From the NCBI GenBank assembly GCA_963706285.1, contig CAVPLU010000007.1:1-28058 (forward strand): 28,058 bases of DNA, in the 5' to 3' direction. Shown piece after piece: positions 8,611 through 17,304 of the stretch. Source of the stretch: Candidatus Bathyarchaeota archaeon (lineage in GTDB: Archaea; Thermoproteota; Bathyarchaeia; 40CM-2-53-6). The notes under the pieces were generated by a model. It made no database searches, had not been told where the DNA came from, and saw only the letters and a program-made list of their open reading frames with translations. A program made the position numbers and the translations under genes. Each line of letters starts with the position of its first letter. Position 1 is the stretch's first letter.

Positions 8611-10020
8611 TCACACAGTGTTGGACTCAGCTTCTTTCAAAAGCACTGAGATTTTCTGCTGCGCGTCTCTGCCGAGTTGTGTCACCGGTCGATGCTCAGC
8701 AAGAATTTTCCTTACCGCATGTTTTGCCTGTTCCCTAATGTCTTTGTGTCCGGAAGCTTCCCAAGCAGATCTGGTTTTCTTATCGAACAGTCTATGCTGG
8801 TAGAATTCCTTCAGATAGAATTTCCTGGTGTGGGGGCGTCCGAGGTAATTACCTCCAGGGCCGACGCTTGCAATCTCGTTAAGTGCAAGCCTCTCTTCAT
8901 CAAAGTCTATTCCTCTCAGCACCCTTTGGATCATGCCATAGACTTCATTGTCGATGACAAGTTGCTCCAAACTGAATGTGTTGATGGCTTCTGCAGATCC
9001 CGCCCCAGAATCCAATCTCGCTCCAGCCAAAGCGGGTAGCAAGCTCACAAAGACTCTCTCAACTCCGGCCTGCTCGTCTATGGTTTTCGAGTCTGAGCGA
9101 AGCCCGAAGCCTTCGCCGGGGAGACCGTAGAATTGCGCTACCTGAACGCACGCTGCGGATAGCAATCCGATTTCGACCACGCCGCTCAATGGAGTTGCAT
9201 ATCTCTGGTCGAGTGGTGAGGATTTGTTGCCAATGATCACAGGCGTTCCGGGGTTAACGATTTGCATCAAAGTAATAGTTGCCAAGCATTCGGCGCTCTG
9301 CTGAACCAATGTGCCAGCCAGCGTAACAGGTGACGCTACGCCAACGACGACTCCGGAGACAATTATGGCCGGGATGTTCTTTTCGGCACAGAAGATTGTC
9401 ACGGGATCCCTCAAGGTCAGCGGACTTATCGGGCATACGAGCGAGCTGAAGATTGGAGATCGTGAGTCTGACTCCTCCTCAAATACTGTAGCTAAACGCT
9501 TCTGGAAATCTAAAGTCGTTCTGCTCAAAGGCGTGGTAACCACGTGCTTCTCACAGTTGTCCAAGGCCAGCTTGAACGAGTGAACGTCCCTCACGTGCGG
9601 TGGCGTGTCCGAAGGAAAGATGTGGGTCGCGTTGATCGAGACGTTGTCTAGATCCTGTATGAGCTTAGATGCATCAGCCGTGTCTTTCGATAATCCATGC
9701 CTTGAGAGGCCGGTTTCAAGATCGATCACTTCGGTGAGCCCAGTCGAGGCGCGAGTGTACATCCGGCCCGGTTCAAGCTTGACCGCATACTTCTTGTTTC
9801 TTGCTCCAAGAGTCACCTCGCGGGGCGCTTTCTTCACAGCCTCTTCGACCAAAGAGGGAGGGATTTTTACGGTCTGATTCTTGTCGTCAACCGTCGCCCC
9901 TTGATCATGGAAAATCTGAAGTGTGCTCCTGTCAACGACCCTGACTCCCACTTTTTCGAGAATGCCGAGTGCTGACGAGTGCAATGTCTCCAACTGATCA
10001 CGGCTCAATAGTTGCCACAT
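8611..10020 (-). CDS. Trimethylamine:corrinoid methyltransferase (MttB/MtgB) family protein, non-pyrrolysine
   Basis: LH..AL.ILEKVGV, CPISPL, SPVTLAGTLVQQSAE, PGTPVI, YGLP...SDSKTIDEQAG, FSLEQLVIDNE, VGPGGNYL...HT motifs. No in-frame TAG. Confidence 0.92.
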   Translation of the reverse strand: MWQLLSRDQLETLHSSALGILEKVGVRVVDRSTLQIFHDQGATVDDKNQTVKIPPSLVEEAVKKAPREVTLGARNKKYAVKLEPGRMYTRASTGLTEVIDLETGLSRHGLSKDTADASKLIQDLDNVSINATHIFPSDTPPHVRDVHSFKLALDNCEKHVVTTPLSRTTLDFQKRLATVFEEESDSRSPIFSSLVCPISPLTLRDPVTIFCAEKNIPAIIVSGVVVGVASPVTLAGTLVQQSAECLATITLMQIVNPGTPVIIGNKSSPLDQRYATPLSGVVEIGLLSAACVQVAQFYGLPGEGFGLRSDSKTIDEQAGVERVFVSLLPALAGARLDSGAGSAEAINTFSLEQLVIDNEVYGMIQRVLRGIDFDEERLALNEIASVGPGGNYLGRPHTRKFYLKEFYQHRLFDKKTRSAWEASGHKDIREQAKHAVRKILAEHRPVTQLGRDAQQKISVLLKEAESNTV

Positions 10021-10052
10021 TGTGAATCGCGCGCAGCTAGGATCATGCGATC

Positions 10053-10058
10053 ATTAAA
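10053..10058 (-). promoter_or_regulatory. Candidate TATA box (TTTAAT) for the mttB-like gene
   Basis: Minus-strand CTTTAATG about 33 nt upstream of ATG 10020. Confidence 0.4.
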
Positions 10059-10251
10059 GACTTTGGAGCCTCACGACGACTCACAATCAACATCGCCATG
10101 GCTCGTTCGCTCCCTGAAGATCGCTGTCACCTTATGATCTGTCCGCAATCAGACCGATGAGCGATTTTCTCCAGCTTCGCGTGCAGAGCCCTAGTATTGC
10201 ATAATTATCAGATCGTGCGGATTGTCAAGGACAAGGGAATGGGAGGAGACG

Positions 10252-11763
10252 CTGACTTCAGAACTCCACATGAAGGACGCTGACGCAAGATACCTCATCG
10301 GCGTGGACATCGGAGCGAGCAGCTGCAAAGCAGTTGTATTTGACACCATTTGGAACGTCGTGGGCCGAGCGCAACAGGAGTATGCCCGAGATCACCCGCG
10401 CCCCGGATGGGTTGAGCTCGATGCAAACTCTTGGTGGAACGCGGTGGCAAGCGTAATCATACGATCGATTGAAGATTCAAACGTTCCTGCCGAGCAAATC
10501 AAATGTGTCGGGATCTCTGCTGAAACTGATGGAATACTTGCCGTTGACAGAAACGGCGCGCCTCTGAGACCATACATTCATTGGCTTGACACTAGATGCG
10601 TGAACGAACACCGGCAACTGCAACAGCGAGGCGACTTCGAGCACGTCTACGAAATAGCCGGAATACCTGTTCAAGGAGGTTATGATTTCCCAGCACTCAA
10701 AATGCAGTGGCTGGAGAAGAATGAGCCGGATACATACGAAAAGACGTACAAGTTCCTCTCGATCGGAACCTTCATGGTTCTCAAGCTAACCGGGAAATAC
10801 GTTGCCGACCGATCAACGGCATCGCGAAGCCTTCTATATGATATCCGAAAGCATGATTGGTCAAGTGAGCTCGCCGACCTACTCGGAATCCCCATTGCCA
10901 AGCAACCTGAAGTCGTACGTTCCGCAGAAGTCGTTGGGACTGTCACTCCTAAAGCGGCACAAGAGACAGGACTGAGAACGAACACGATGGTGGTTGCTGG
11001 AGGTGGAGACACCGAGTGCAGTGCGCTAGGTGCAGGCGCAGTAACGGAAGAACAGGCCCTCATCTCGATCGGGACCTCATTGATGGTTGCCGTTCCGATG
11101 AGCAAGCCATTGACGATTCCGATTAGTCCTGAGACTCGCCTTTTCGGGACAGGCTCAGTCTGTACGAGCCACGTGGTTGACAACATGTGGATACTTGAAG
11201 TTGGAGCACCAGTTGGAGGAGCAATGCTTGCGTGGTTCGACCGCGAACTAGGTCAAGCAGAACGCAAGCTTGCGGCAGAACTTGGTGTCCCCTCCTATGA
11301 TATTCTCAGTCTTGAAGCCGAGAAGTCACGGCCCGGAGTAGACTCGCCGATATTCGCGGCCCCTGTCGGGGCAATTCTCAATCTCAGAAATGAACACAAG
11401 CGAAGTGACCTGATACGAAGCATATTGGAAGGAGTCGCGTTTGAAGCAAGAGAGGTCATCGAGGTTTTCGTAAAGTCCGGCCTTAACATCAAAGAGTTGA
11501 TTATGGTTGGAGGCGGGGCAAAATCCGTAACCTGGCGTCAGATAATTTCAGATGTTACAAACAAACACGTCAAGTCGCCGCACATGCAGGAAACGGGAAC
11601 GCTAGGTGCGGCGACCCTCGCTGGCGTGGGAGCAGGCATTTTCAAAAACTTCATTCTGCCCGAGATAGAAAGGTACGGAGAGAGCTCGCCAAGAAATGAT
11701 GTCCAAGAAACATACTCTATCCTCTACGAGAAATATAGGCGGCTGTACAAGGCGCTCCAATAG
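10252..11763 (+). CDS. FGGY-family carbohydrate kinase, copy 2 (paralog of 6913-8442)
   Basis: GVDIGASSCK, PGWVELD, ETDG, PLRPYIHW, GGGDTECS, EGVAFEA shared with copy 1. Start is uncertain: TTG 10222, CTG 10252 (GGAGG SD) or ATG 10270. Confidence 0.92.
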   Translation: MTSELHMKDADARYLIGVDIGASSCKAVVFDTIWNVVGRAQQEYARDHPRPGWVELDANSWWNAVASVIIRSIEDSNVPAEQIKCVGISAETDGILAVDRNGAPLRPYIHWLDTRCVNEHRQLQQRGDFEHVYEIAGIPVQGGYDFPALKMQWLEKNEPDTYEKTYKFLSIGTFMVLKLTGKYVADRSTASRSLLYDIRKHDWSSELADLLGIPIAKQPEVVRSAEVVGTVTPKAAQETGLRTNTMVVAGGGDTECSALGAGAVTEEQALISIGTSLMVAVPMSKPLTIPISPETRLFGTGSVCTSHVVDNMWILEVGAPVGGAMLAWFDRELGQAERKLAAELGVPSYDILSLEAEKSRPGVDSPIFAAPVGAILNLRNEHKRSDLIRSILEGVAFEAREVIEVFVKSGLNIKELIMVGGGAKSVTWRQIISDVTNKHVKSPHMQETGTLGAATLAGVGAGIFKNFILPEIERYGESSPRNDVQETYSILYEKYRRLYKALQ

Positions 11764-11880
11764 GCCCCCACAAAACTGAGCGAGCAGAGCATCCTCCAGT
11801 TCGTGCGGAGCTTTTGCGTGCTCGCCTGCGGTCCGTCGCACCGGTTCAGGTGACTGGACCGAGACCCTAGGAGGATCACT

Positions 11881-12891
11881 TCATTTCTTCGATGATCCGC
11901 GGTCTCCGGGGCAGTATGTGTCTGCAAGATAAGTTTGCTTTGTATCCTTGATGCGTTCACCGATGATCGAATCTATAGCTGTCATCGCTTTGGGGTCGAG
12001 AGACCATCCCGCAACCTCTCCAACTGTCTTCATCTGTTCTGGTCGACGTGCACCCCACAGAGCGATCGCAAGGTTCGTCCTATCGAGCACCCACCGCACC
12101 GCCAGTTCAAGAACACGTTTTCCGTAGTTTTTCTGAGCGAACTGGTCGAGAAGTTCCACCGTCTTTAGGTACTCTTGGTAGAGGGGTGGTTTGAATTTTG
12201 GATCCATATTTCGATGATCGTCGCCCTGGAATTGGGTGTCGGGGCGCATTCTACCGCTCAACAGGCCTCGGCAGAGGGAGCCATACATGAGCATCGTAAT
12301 GCTGTGCTTTTCACAATAGGGAAGGATATCCTGTTCGATGATGCGCTCAAACATGTTGTATGGCGGCTGGAGCGTATGGAGCGGGGACACGCTGCGAAAC
12401 CGTTCCATCTGTTCCACGGAGTAGTTGCTCACTCCAATTGCCCTGATCTTGCCCATTTCGTAGAGTCTTTTCATCGCTCCCGCGGTTTCTTCTATTGGAA
12501 CGAAGGGGTCTGGCCAATGCACTTGGCAAATGTCGATGTAGTCTGTGCCTAATCGTTTCAGGGACTCATCGACTCCTTTAAGGACTTGTTCTTTCGTCGA
12601 ATTCCGATAGAACCATCCGTCTCGGTTCTCCAAGCAGACCTTTGTGGCAATGATGATGCTTTCCCTGTTCCCATGTTTCTTAATCGCTTCTCCCACGATC
12701 TCTTCCGCAAGACCAGCACCATACGCCGGTGCTGTGTCTACGAGGTTGACACCACGCTCAAAGGCAGCAAGCACTGTCCGAATTGACTCTTGTTTGTCAG
12801 ATCCGCCCCACATCGCGCCGCCTATGGCATACGTGCCCAAGCCTATTCGCGACGCCTTGATGCCGGTTCCTTCTATCGTAATCTGCTCCAT
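11881..12891 (-). CDS. Aldo/keto reductase (AKR11/YhdN-like)
   Basis: GLGTYAIGG, DTAPAYG (catalytic D/Y), ATK, QVHWPD, GKIRAIGVSN, QPPYNMFER; GAGGAG SD. Confidence 0.93.
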   Translation of the reverse strand: MEQITIEGTGIKASRIGLGTYAIGGAMWGGSDKQESIRTVLAAFERGVNLVDTAPAYGAGLAEEIVGEAIKKHGNRESIIIATKVCLENRDGWFYRNSTKEQVLKGVDESLKRLGTDYIDICQVHWPDPFVPIEETAGAMKRLYEMGKIRAIGVSNYSVEQMERFRSVSPLHTLQPPYNMFERIIEQDILPYCEKHSITMLMYGSLCRGLLSGRMRPDTQFQGDDHRNMDPKFKPPLYQEYLKTVELLDQFAQKNYGKRVLELAVRWVLDRTNLAIALWGARRPEQMKTVGEVAGWSLDPKAMTAIDSIIGERIKDTKQTYLADTYCPGDRGSSKK

Positions 12892-13123
12892 CCTAGACTC
12901 CTCCCTTGGCAGATGAGCGGCTTCGGACAGTAGATATTGTTGTCGATTGTCTGATGACTAGCGGGAAAGCGAAACACGCGACTACTCGTTCTAAGACTGA
13001 AGATCTTAAGAAGGCGTGTTGCGTGTGGTCGGCCACGCGGGGTAGGATCGAACGACCACTGTAAGGTCTGTCAGCTGTGAAGATTACGCGAAGTATGGTC
13101 TCTCTAGAGATAAGGTACTGCAA

Positions 13124-14062
13124 ATGCTTCGAACTATGATTGAGATCAGACGATTCGAAGAGCGCGTGGAACGGCTATTCTTGCAGGAAGGACTGCTGAT
13201 CGGCCCATCCCACCTATACTTGGGCCAAGAAGCTGTTGCAGCCGGCGCGATAGGTGCACTCAGGGATGATGATCTCATTGTGAGCACATACCGAGGTCAC
13301 GGCCACGCCATCGCAAGAGGAGTGCCAATGAACCCGCTGATGTCGGAGCTGTTTGGAAAGGCTACTGGCACCTGTAAAGGTCTCGGAGGATCGATGCACG
13401 CCCCCATATTTCCTGAGAAAGGCATATTGTATGCCAGCGCAATTGTGGGCAGTGGAGTGCCGATCACGTCAGGAGTCGGACTCGCTCTGAAACTGGCGGG
13501 CAAGCATCAAGTTGCCATGACTTTCTTCGGTGACGGAGCCACCAACACAGGCGCCTTTCATGAGGGGATCAATCTCGCGGCCGTCTGGAAACTTCCAGTG
13601 GTCTTTGTCTGTGAGAACAACCTCTACGCTATGTCAACTCGAGCGGACAAGGCGATAGCGGCTGAGAGTGTCGCAGATCGCGCTAAGGCATATGGAATTC
13701 ACGCGATTGCTGCAGATGGCAACGACGTAGTTGCAGTGGTTCTGTCGGCTGAAGAGGCGATTGAGAACGCACGAAAAGGAGAAGGTCCGACTCTCATTGA
13801 ATGCATCACGTACAAAATGAAGGGTCATGGAATCTACGACAAGGCCGAGTACAGACCGAAAGAGGAAGTTGAGGAGTGGCGGAGACGCGACCCGATCGAG
13901 ACCTTTGAGGCCAAGCTTCTCAAGATGAAACTTGCAGCGCAGACCGATATCGATCGAATCGAGAAGGAAGTCGCCATTTTAGTCGAGGAATCTGTTGCAT
14001 TCGCAAAGTCAAGCCCGGTACTACCATTCGAGGAACTCGGGGACTTCGTGTATGCTAGGTGA
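13124..14062 (+). CDS. TPP-dependent 2-oxoacid/acetoin dehydrogenase E1 alpha subunit (PdhA/AcoA-like)
   Basis: HLYLGQEA, TYRGHGH, GGSMH and the TPP motif GDGATN...ENN. The frame is open upstream to 13046, so the true start may be earlier. Confidence 0.93.
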   Translation: MLRTMIEIRRFEERVERLFLQEGLLIGPSHLYLGQEAVAAGAIGALRDDDLIVSTYRGHGHAIARGVPMNPLMSELFGKATGTCKGLGGSMHAPIFPEKGILYASAIVGSGVPITSGVGLALKLAGKHQVAMTFFGDGATNTGAFHEGINLAAVWKLPVVFVCENNLYAMSTRADKAIAAESVADRAKAYGIHAIAADGNDVVAVVLSAEEAIENARKGEGPTLIECITYKMKGHGIYDKAEYRPKEEVEEWRRRDPIETFEAKLLKMKLAAQTDIDRIEKEVAILVEESVAFAKSSPVLPFEELGDFVYAR

Positions 14063-15042
14063 ATGGAATGCGTGAGTGTACGTATGCCGATGCCTTGCGA
14101 GAGGCCCTGCGTGAAGAGATGCTCAGGGATTCGCACGTAATCCTCTTGGGTGAGGAGATAGGGGTCTTCGAAGGTGTCTACAAAGTTACGCGCGGTTTGC
14201 TGAAGGAGTTTGGTCCTGAAAGAGTAAGGGACACTCCAATCTCCGAGGCTGCAATCGCAGGCGCCGCAGTGGGTGCGGCATTGGCTGGCTTCAAGCCTGT
14301 AGCAGAGATTATGTACATGGACTTTCTCACGATATGTCTCGATCAGATAGCAACAAACGCTGCAAAGATGCGGTTCATGAGCGGCGGGAAGCTGAAGGTT
14401 CCGTTCGTCCTCCGAACACAATACAGCCTTGGACGAATGCACGGTGCTCAGCATTCCCAGTTCTATCCATCAATATTCTTCCAAGTACCGGGTCTGAAGG
14501 TTGTCCTGCCCTCGACACCACACGACGCCAAAGGCCTTCTGAAAGCTTCGATTCGAGAGAACAATCCCGTCATATTTATCGAAAGCGGCGCACTATACAG
14601 AACGAAAGGGCCAGTTCCGGAAGAGGAATATCTGTTGCCTCTCGGCCAGTGCGATATCAAAAGAAACGGCGATGACCTCACCATAGTCGCGGTCTCAAGA
14701 GTTGTCAGTGAAGCTCTTGCCGCAGCCGCTAAGCTGGAAGAGCAAGGCATCACGACGGAAGTGATAGATCCGAGAACTATCCAACCGCTCGATTCAAACA
14801 CAATAGTTGAGTCTGTCAGGAAGACTGGAAGACTGATTATCGCGTCGGATGACGTAAGATCAGGCGGAATCGGCTCCGAGATAGCGGCAATCGTGGTCGA
14901 AGAAGCTTTTGACTCGCTAGACTCACCGATTCTGCGTGTGGCATCCGCCGACATGCCGATACCATTCTCTCCGCCACTCGAGCAAGCGTACATGCCAAAC
15001 GCACAGAAGATCATCGAAGCAGCGAAGAAACTGATCGGGTGA
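14059..15042 (+). CDS. 2-oxoacid/acetoin dehydrogenase E1 beta subunit (PdhB/AcoB-like)
   Basis: GEEIG, RVRDTPISE, AEIMYMDF, AQHSQ, DPRTIQPLD, SVRKTGR. GTGA overlap with E1a; alternative ATG at 14068. Confidence 0.95.
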   Translation: MNGMRECTYADALREALREEMLRDSHVILLGEEIGVFEGVYKVTRGLLKEFGPERVRDTPISEAAIAGAAVGAALAGFKPVAEIMYMDFLTICLDQIATNAAKMRFMSGGKLKVPFVLRTQYSLGRMHGAQHSQFYPSIFFQVPGLKVVLPSTPHDAKGLLKASIRENNPVIFIESGALYRTKGPVPEEEYLLPLGQCDIKRNGDDLTIVAVSRVVSEALAAAAKLEEQGITTEVIDPRTIQPLDSNTIVESVRKTGRLIIASDDVRSGGIGSEIAAIVVEEAFDSLDSPILRVASADMPIPFSPPLEQAYMPNAQKIIEAAKKLIG

Positions 15043-16235
15043 AAGCGATGTTCAAGGTGACAATGCCTCGTCTAGATCCCGGTATGCAGTCGGGCAAGAT
15101 CGTAGAGTGGCTGAAGAAAGAAGGAGATCACGTCGAAAAGGACGTTCCTATTGTTCAGATAGAAGGAGAGAAGACCACTTTTGAAGTGAACGCCCCGGGA
15201 GCAGGCATCGTCCGGAAACTACTGTTTGGGCCTGGTATGGATGTTCAGGTTGGACAGACTATCGCGCTTGTGGGCGAGCAAGACGAGCCGTTACCGACCG
15301 GCGCCCAAGCACCAATGGCAAGCGAGCCTGTTGTAGTGCACGAACCGACTGCGGCTCCTCCAATTTTACGAGTGACAGAACCATCAGCTTCACCGGTAGC
15401 GAGGAAGATGGCCAGAGAGGCGGGCATCGACATATCGAAGATCAGGGGCTCTGGACCTGGCGGCAGAATAGTCCGTGAAGATGTTCAGAAAGCAATCGAA
15501 CAGATTAGCATACCGCCGGAAGCGGGCGCTGTCATGGTTCAAGAAACTAGGGCTGTCCCAGTTGCCAGGACGATCAAACTATCGGGAAAACGGAGGGCGA
15601 TATCGGAGCGTCTTTCATACGGTTTCCACACAACGGTTCCTGTTACGATCACGATGGAGGCGCGAATGGAGGCAGTTCTTGAGCAAAGGAGGAGCCTTCA
15701 CGGTCGGACAGGTGAGGAGGTATCCATCACCGCTTACATTGTGAAGGCAGCAGCGAGAGCTCTCGAGGATCACGAGATGATCAACTCATCCCTTGAGGAA
15801 GACGAGTTGCGAGTCTACGCTGACATCAACGTGGCCGTGGCAATCAACACGCCCGACGGACTTGTCGCGCCGGTGATACCGCAAACAAACAAGATGTCTG
15901 TACTTGAGATTTCACAGGGAATTCGGGATCTGACTGACCGTGCCCTGCAGAACCGGCTCACAGTAAGAGATCTCACAGGTGGTACATTTACGGTGACGAA
16001 TCTGGGCGGTTATGGTGTCGACCTTTTCGCGCCAATAATCAATCCTCCACAGTGTGCAATCATTGGTTTCGGCCGAACGTCCGAGAAACCCATAATTGTC
16101 GAGAACCAAGTGCGAGTGGCGTCGATCACGACACTATCACTAGTCTTCGATCACAGGATAGTTGATGGTGTACCTGCGGCGCAGTTTCTGCAACGAGTCA
16201 AAGAACTACTGGAGGACCCGAAGAAGCTTGATTGA
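15039..16235 (+). CDS. Dihydrolipoamide acyltransferase E2 (one lipoyl domain, subunit-binding domain, catalytic domain)
   Basis: Lipoyl domain with EGEKT lysine, ASPVARKMA...GSGPGGRI subunit-binding domain, GGTFTVTNLG, PIINPPQ, DHRIVDG. Confidence 0.95.
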   Translation: MKAMFKVTMPRLDPGMQSGKIVEWLKKEGDHVEKDVPIVQIEGEKTTFEVNAPGAGIVRKLLFGPGMDVQVGQTIALVGEQDEPLPTGAQAPMASEPVVVHEPTAAPPILRVTEPSASPVARKMAREAGIDISKIRGSGPGGRIVREDVQKAIEQISIPPEAGAVMVQETRAVPVARTIKLSGKRRAISERLSYGFHTTVPVTITMEARMEAVLEQRRSLHGRTGEEVSITAYIVKAAARALEDHEMINSSLEEDELRVYADINVAVAINTPDGLVAPVIPQTNKMSVLEISQGIRDLTDRALQNRLTVRDLTGGTFTVTNLGGYGVDLFAPIINPPQCAIIGFGRTSEKPIIVENQVRVASITTLSLVFDHRIVDGVPAAQFLQRVKELLEDPKKLD

Positions 16236-16252
16236 TCTCGGTCGCGCCGTCG

Positions 16253-17284
16253 CTATGGCGTGATCGCCACTTTGATCGCTGTGCCTTTCTGCATCAGACG
16301 TAGCGCTTCTTCGACCTCGGTGAGTCTCATTCTATGAGTGACGAGCTGGGCAACGTTAACCTGCGCTGTCGATATCAGCCTTAGGGCCTCACGCACATCT
16401 GTTGGCGTGTGATGGAACACTCCTCTCAACGTGAGTTCTCCGTAGTGCATCAGGCCCGTGTCAATCGAAGCTTTGCTTCCCGCTGGACATCCACCAAACA
16501 GAACTGTTGTTCCGCCTTTCCTCGTGGCTTGCACAGCCAGTTCCCACGTCTCGGGTTTTCCAACCGCTTCAATGGTGACATCTGCTCCACGGTTCTCACT
16601 CAGCGCCTTCAATTTGGTGATTGAATTACTGGGAGCGACTAACTGGTCTGCTCCGAATTGAGCTGCCATCTGTAACCTCTCAGTGATCGCGTCTGTGACG
16701 ACAACGGTCCTTGCCCCATGGATCTTCGCGAGCTGAATGTGCATCAGTCCGATCGGTCCAGCGCCAATAACGAAGACGAGATCGCCTGCTCGGATGCCGG
16801 ATAACTCGATTCCATGAACCACACACGCCAGCGGCTCCACAAAGGCAGCGGTCTCGAACGGTACATTTTCCGGTATTGCATGCGTGTTTTGCCTGACGAT
16901 TCGTGCTGGTAACCGCACGTATTCGGCATACGCACCAGGAGAAGAGAATCCAACAAGCACTTCATCTAGATGATCGCATAAGTTGGGTTTGCCGATCCGG
17001 CAGTAGTGGCATGACATGCATGGCGCTGAATTAGCCGCGACAACTCTCATGCCCTTTTCAAATCCTTGGGCACCTTCGCCTACTCTTTCAACTGTGCCAG
17101 CGAATTCATGCCCAATAATAAGTGGAGGATTTGCGAGTCTGTGACCGCGAAGATACATCTTCAGATCCGTACCGCAAGTGAGCGCCACATGATTACGAAT
17201 GAGCAGCTCTCCCCTCGATATCTCTGGGATATCGACCTCTTCGACTCGCAGCACTCCGGGGGCATAGAAACGCGCGGCCAGCAA
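16253..17284 (-). CDS. Zn-dependent medium-chain dehydrogenase (L-iditol/threonine dehydrogenase-like)
   Basis: CGTD, GHE, structural Zn motif CxxCxxCx7C, EPLAC, GAGPIG. Confidence 0.92.
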   Translation of the reverse strand: MLAARFYAPGVLRVEEVDIPEISRGELLIRNHVALTCGTDLKMYLRGHRLANPPLIIGHEFAGTVERVGEGAQGFEKGMRVVAANSAPCMSCHYCRIGKPNLCDHLDEVLVGFSSPGAYAEYVRLPARIVRQNTHAIPENVPFETAAFVEPLACVVHGIELSGIRAGDLVFVIGAGPIGLMHIQLAKIHGARTVVVTDAITERLQMAAQFGADQLVAPSNSITKLKALSENRGADVTIEAVGKPETWELAVQATRKGGTTVLFGGCPAGSKASIDTGLMHYGELTLRGVFHHTPTDVREALRLISTAQVNVAQLVTHRMRLTEVEEALRLMQKGTAIKVAITP

Positions 17285-17304
17285 CTAATGTTCACGTCCC
17301 ATGT

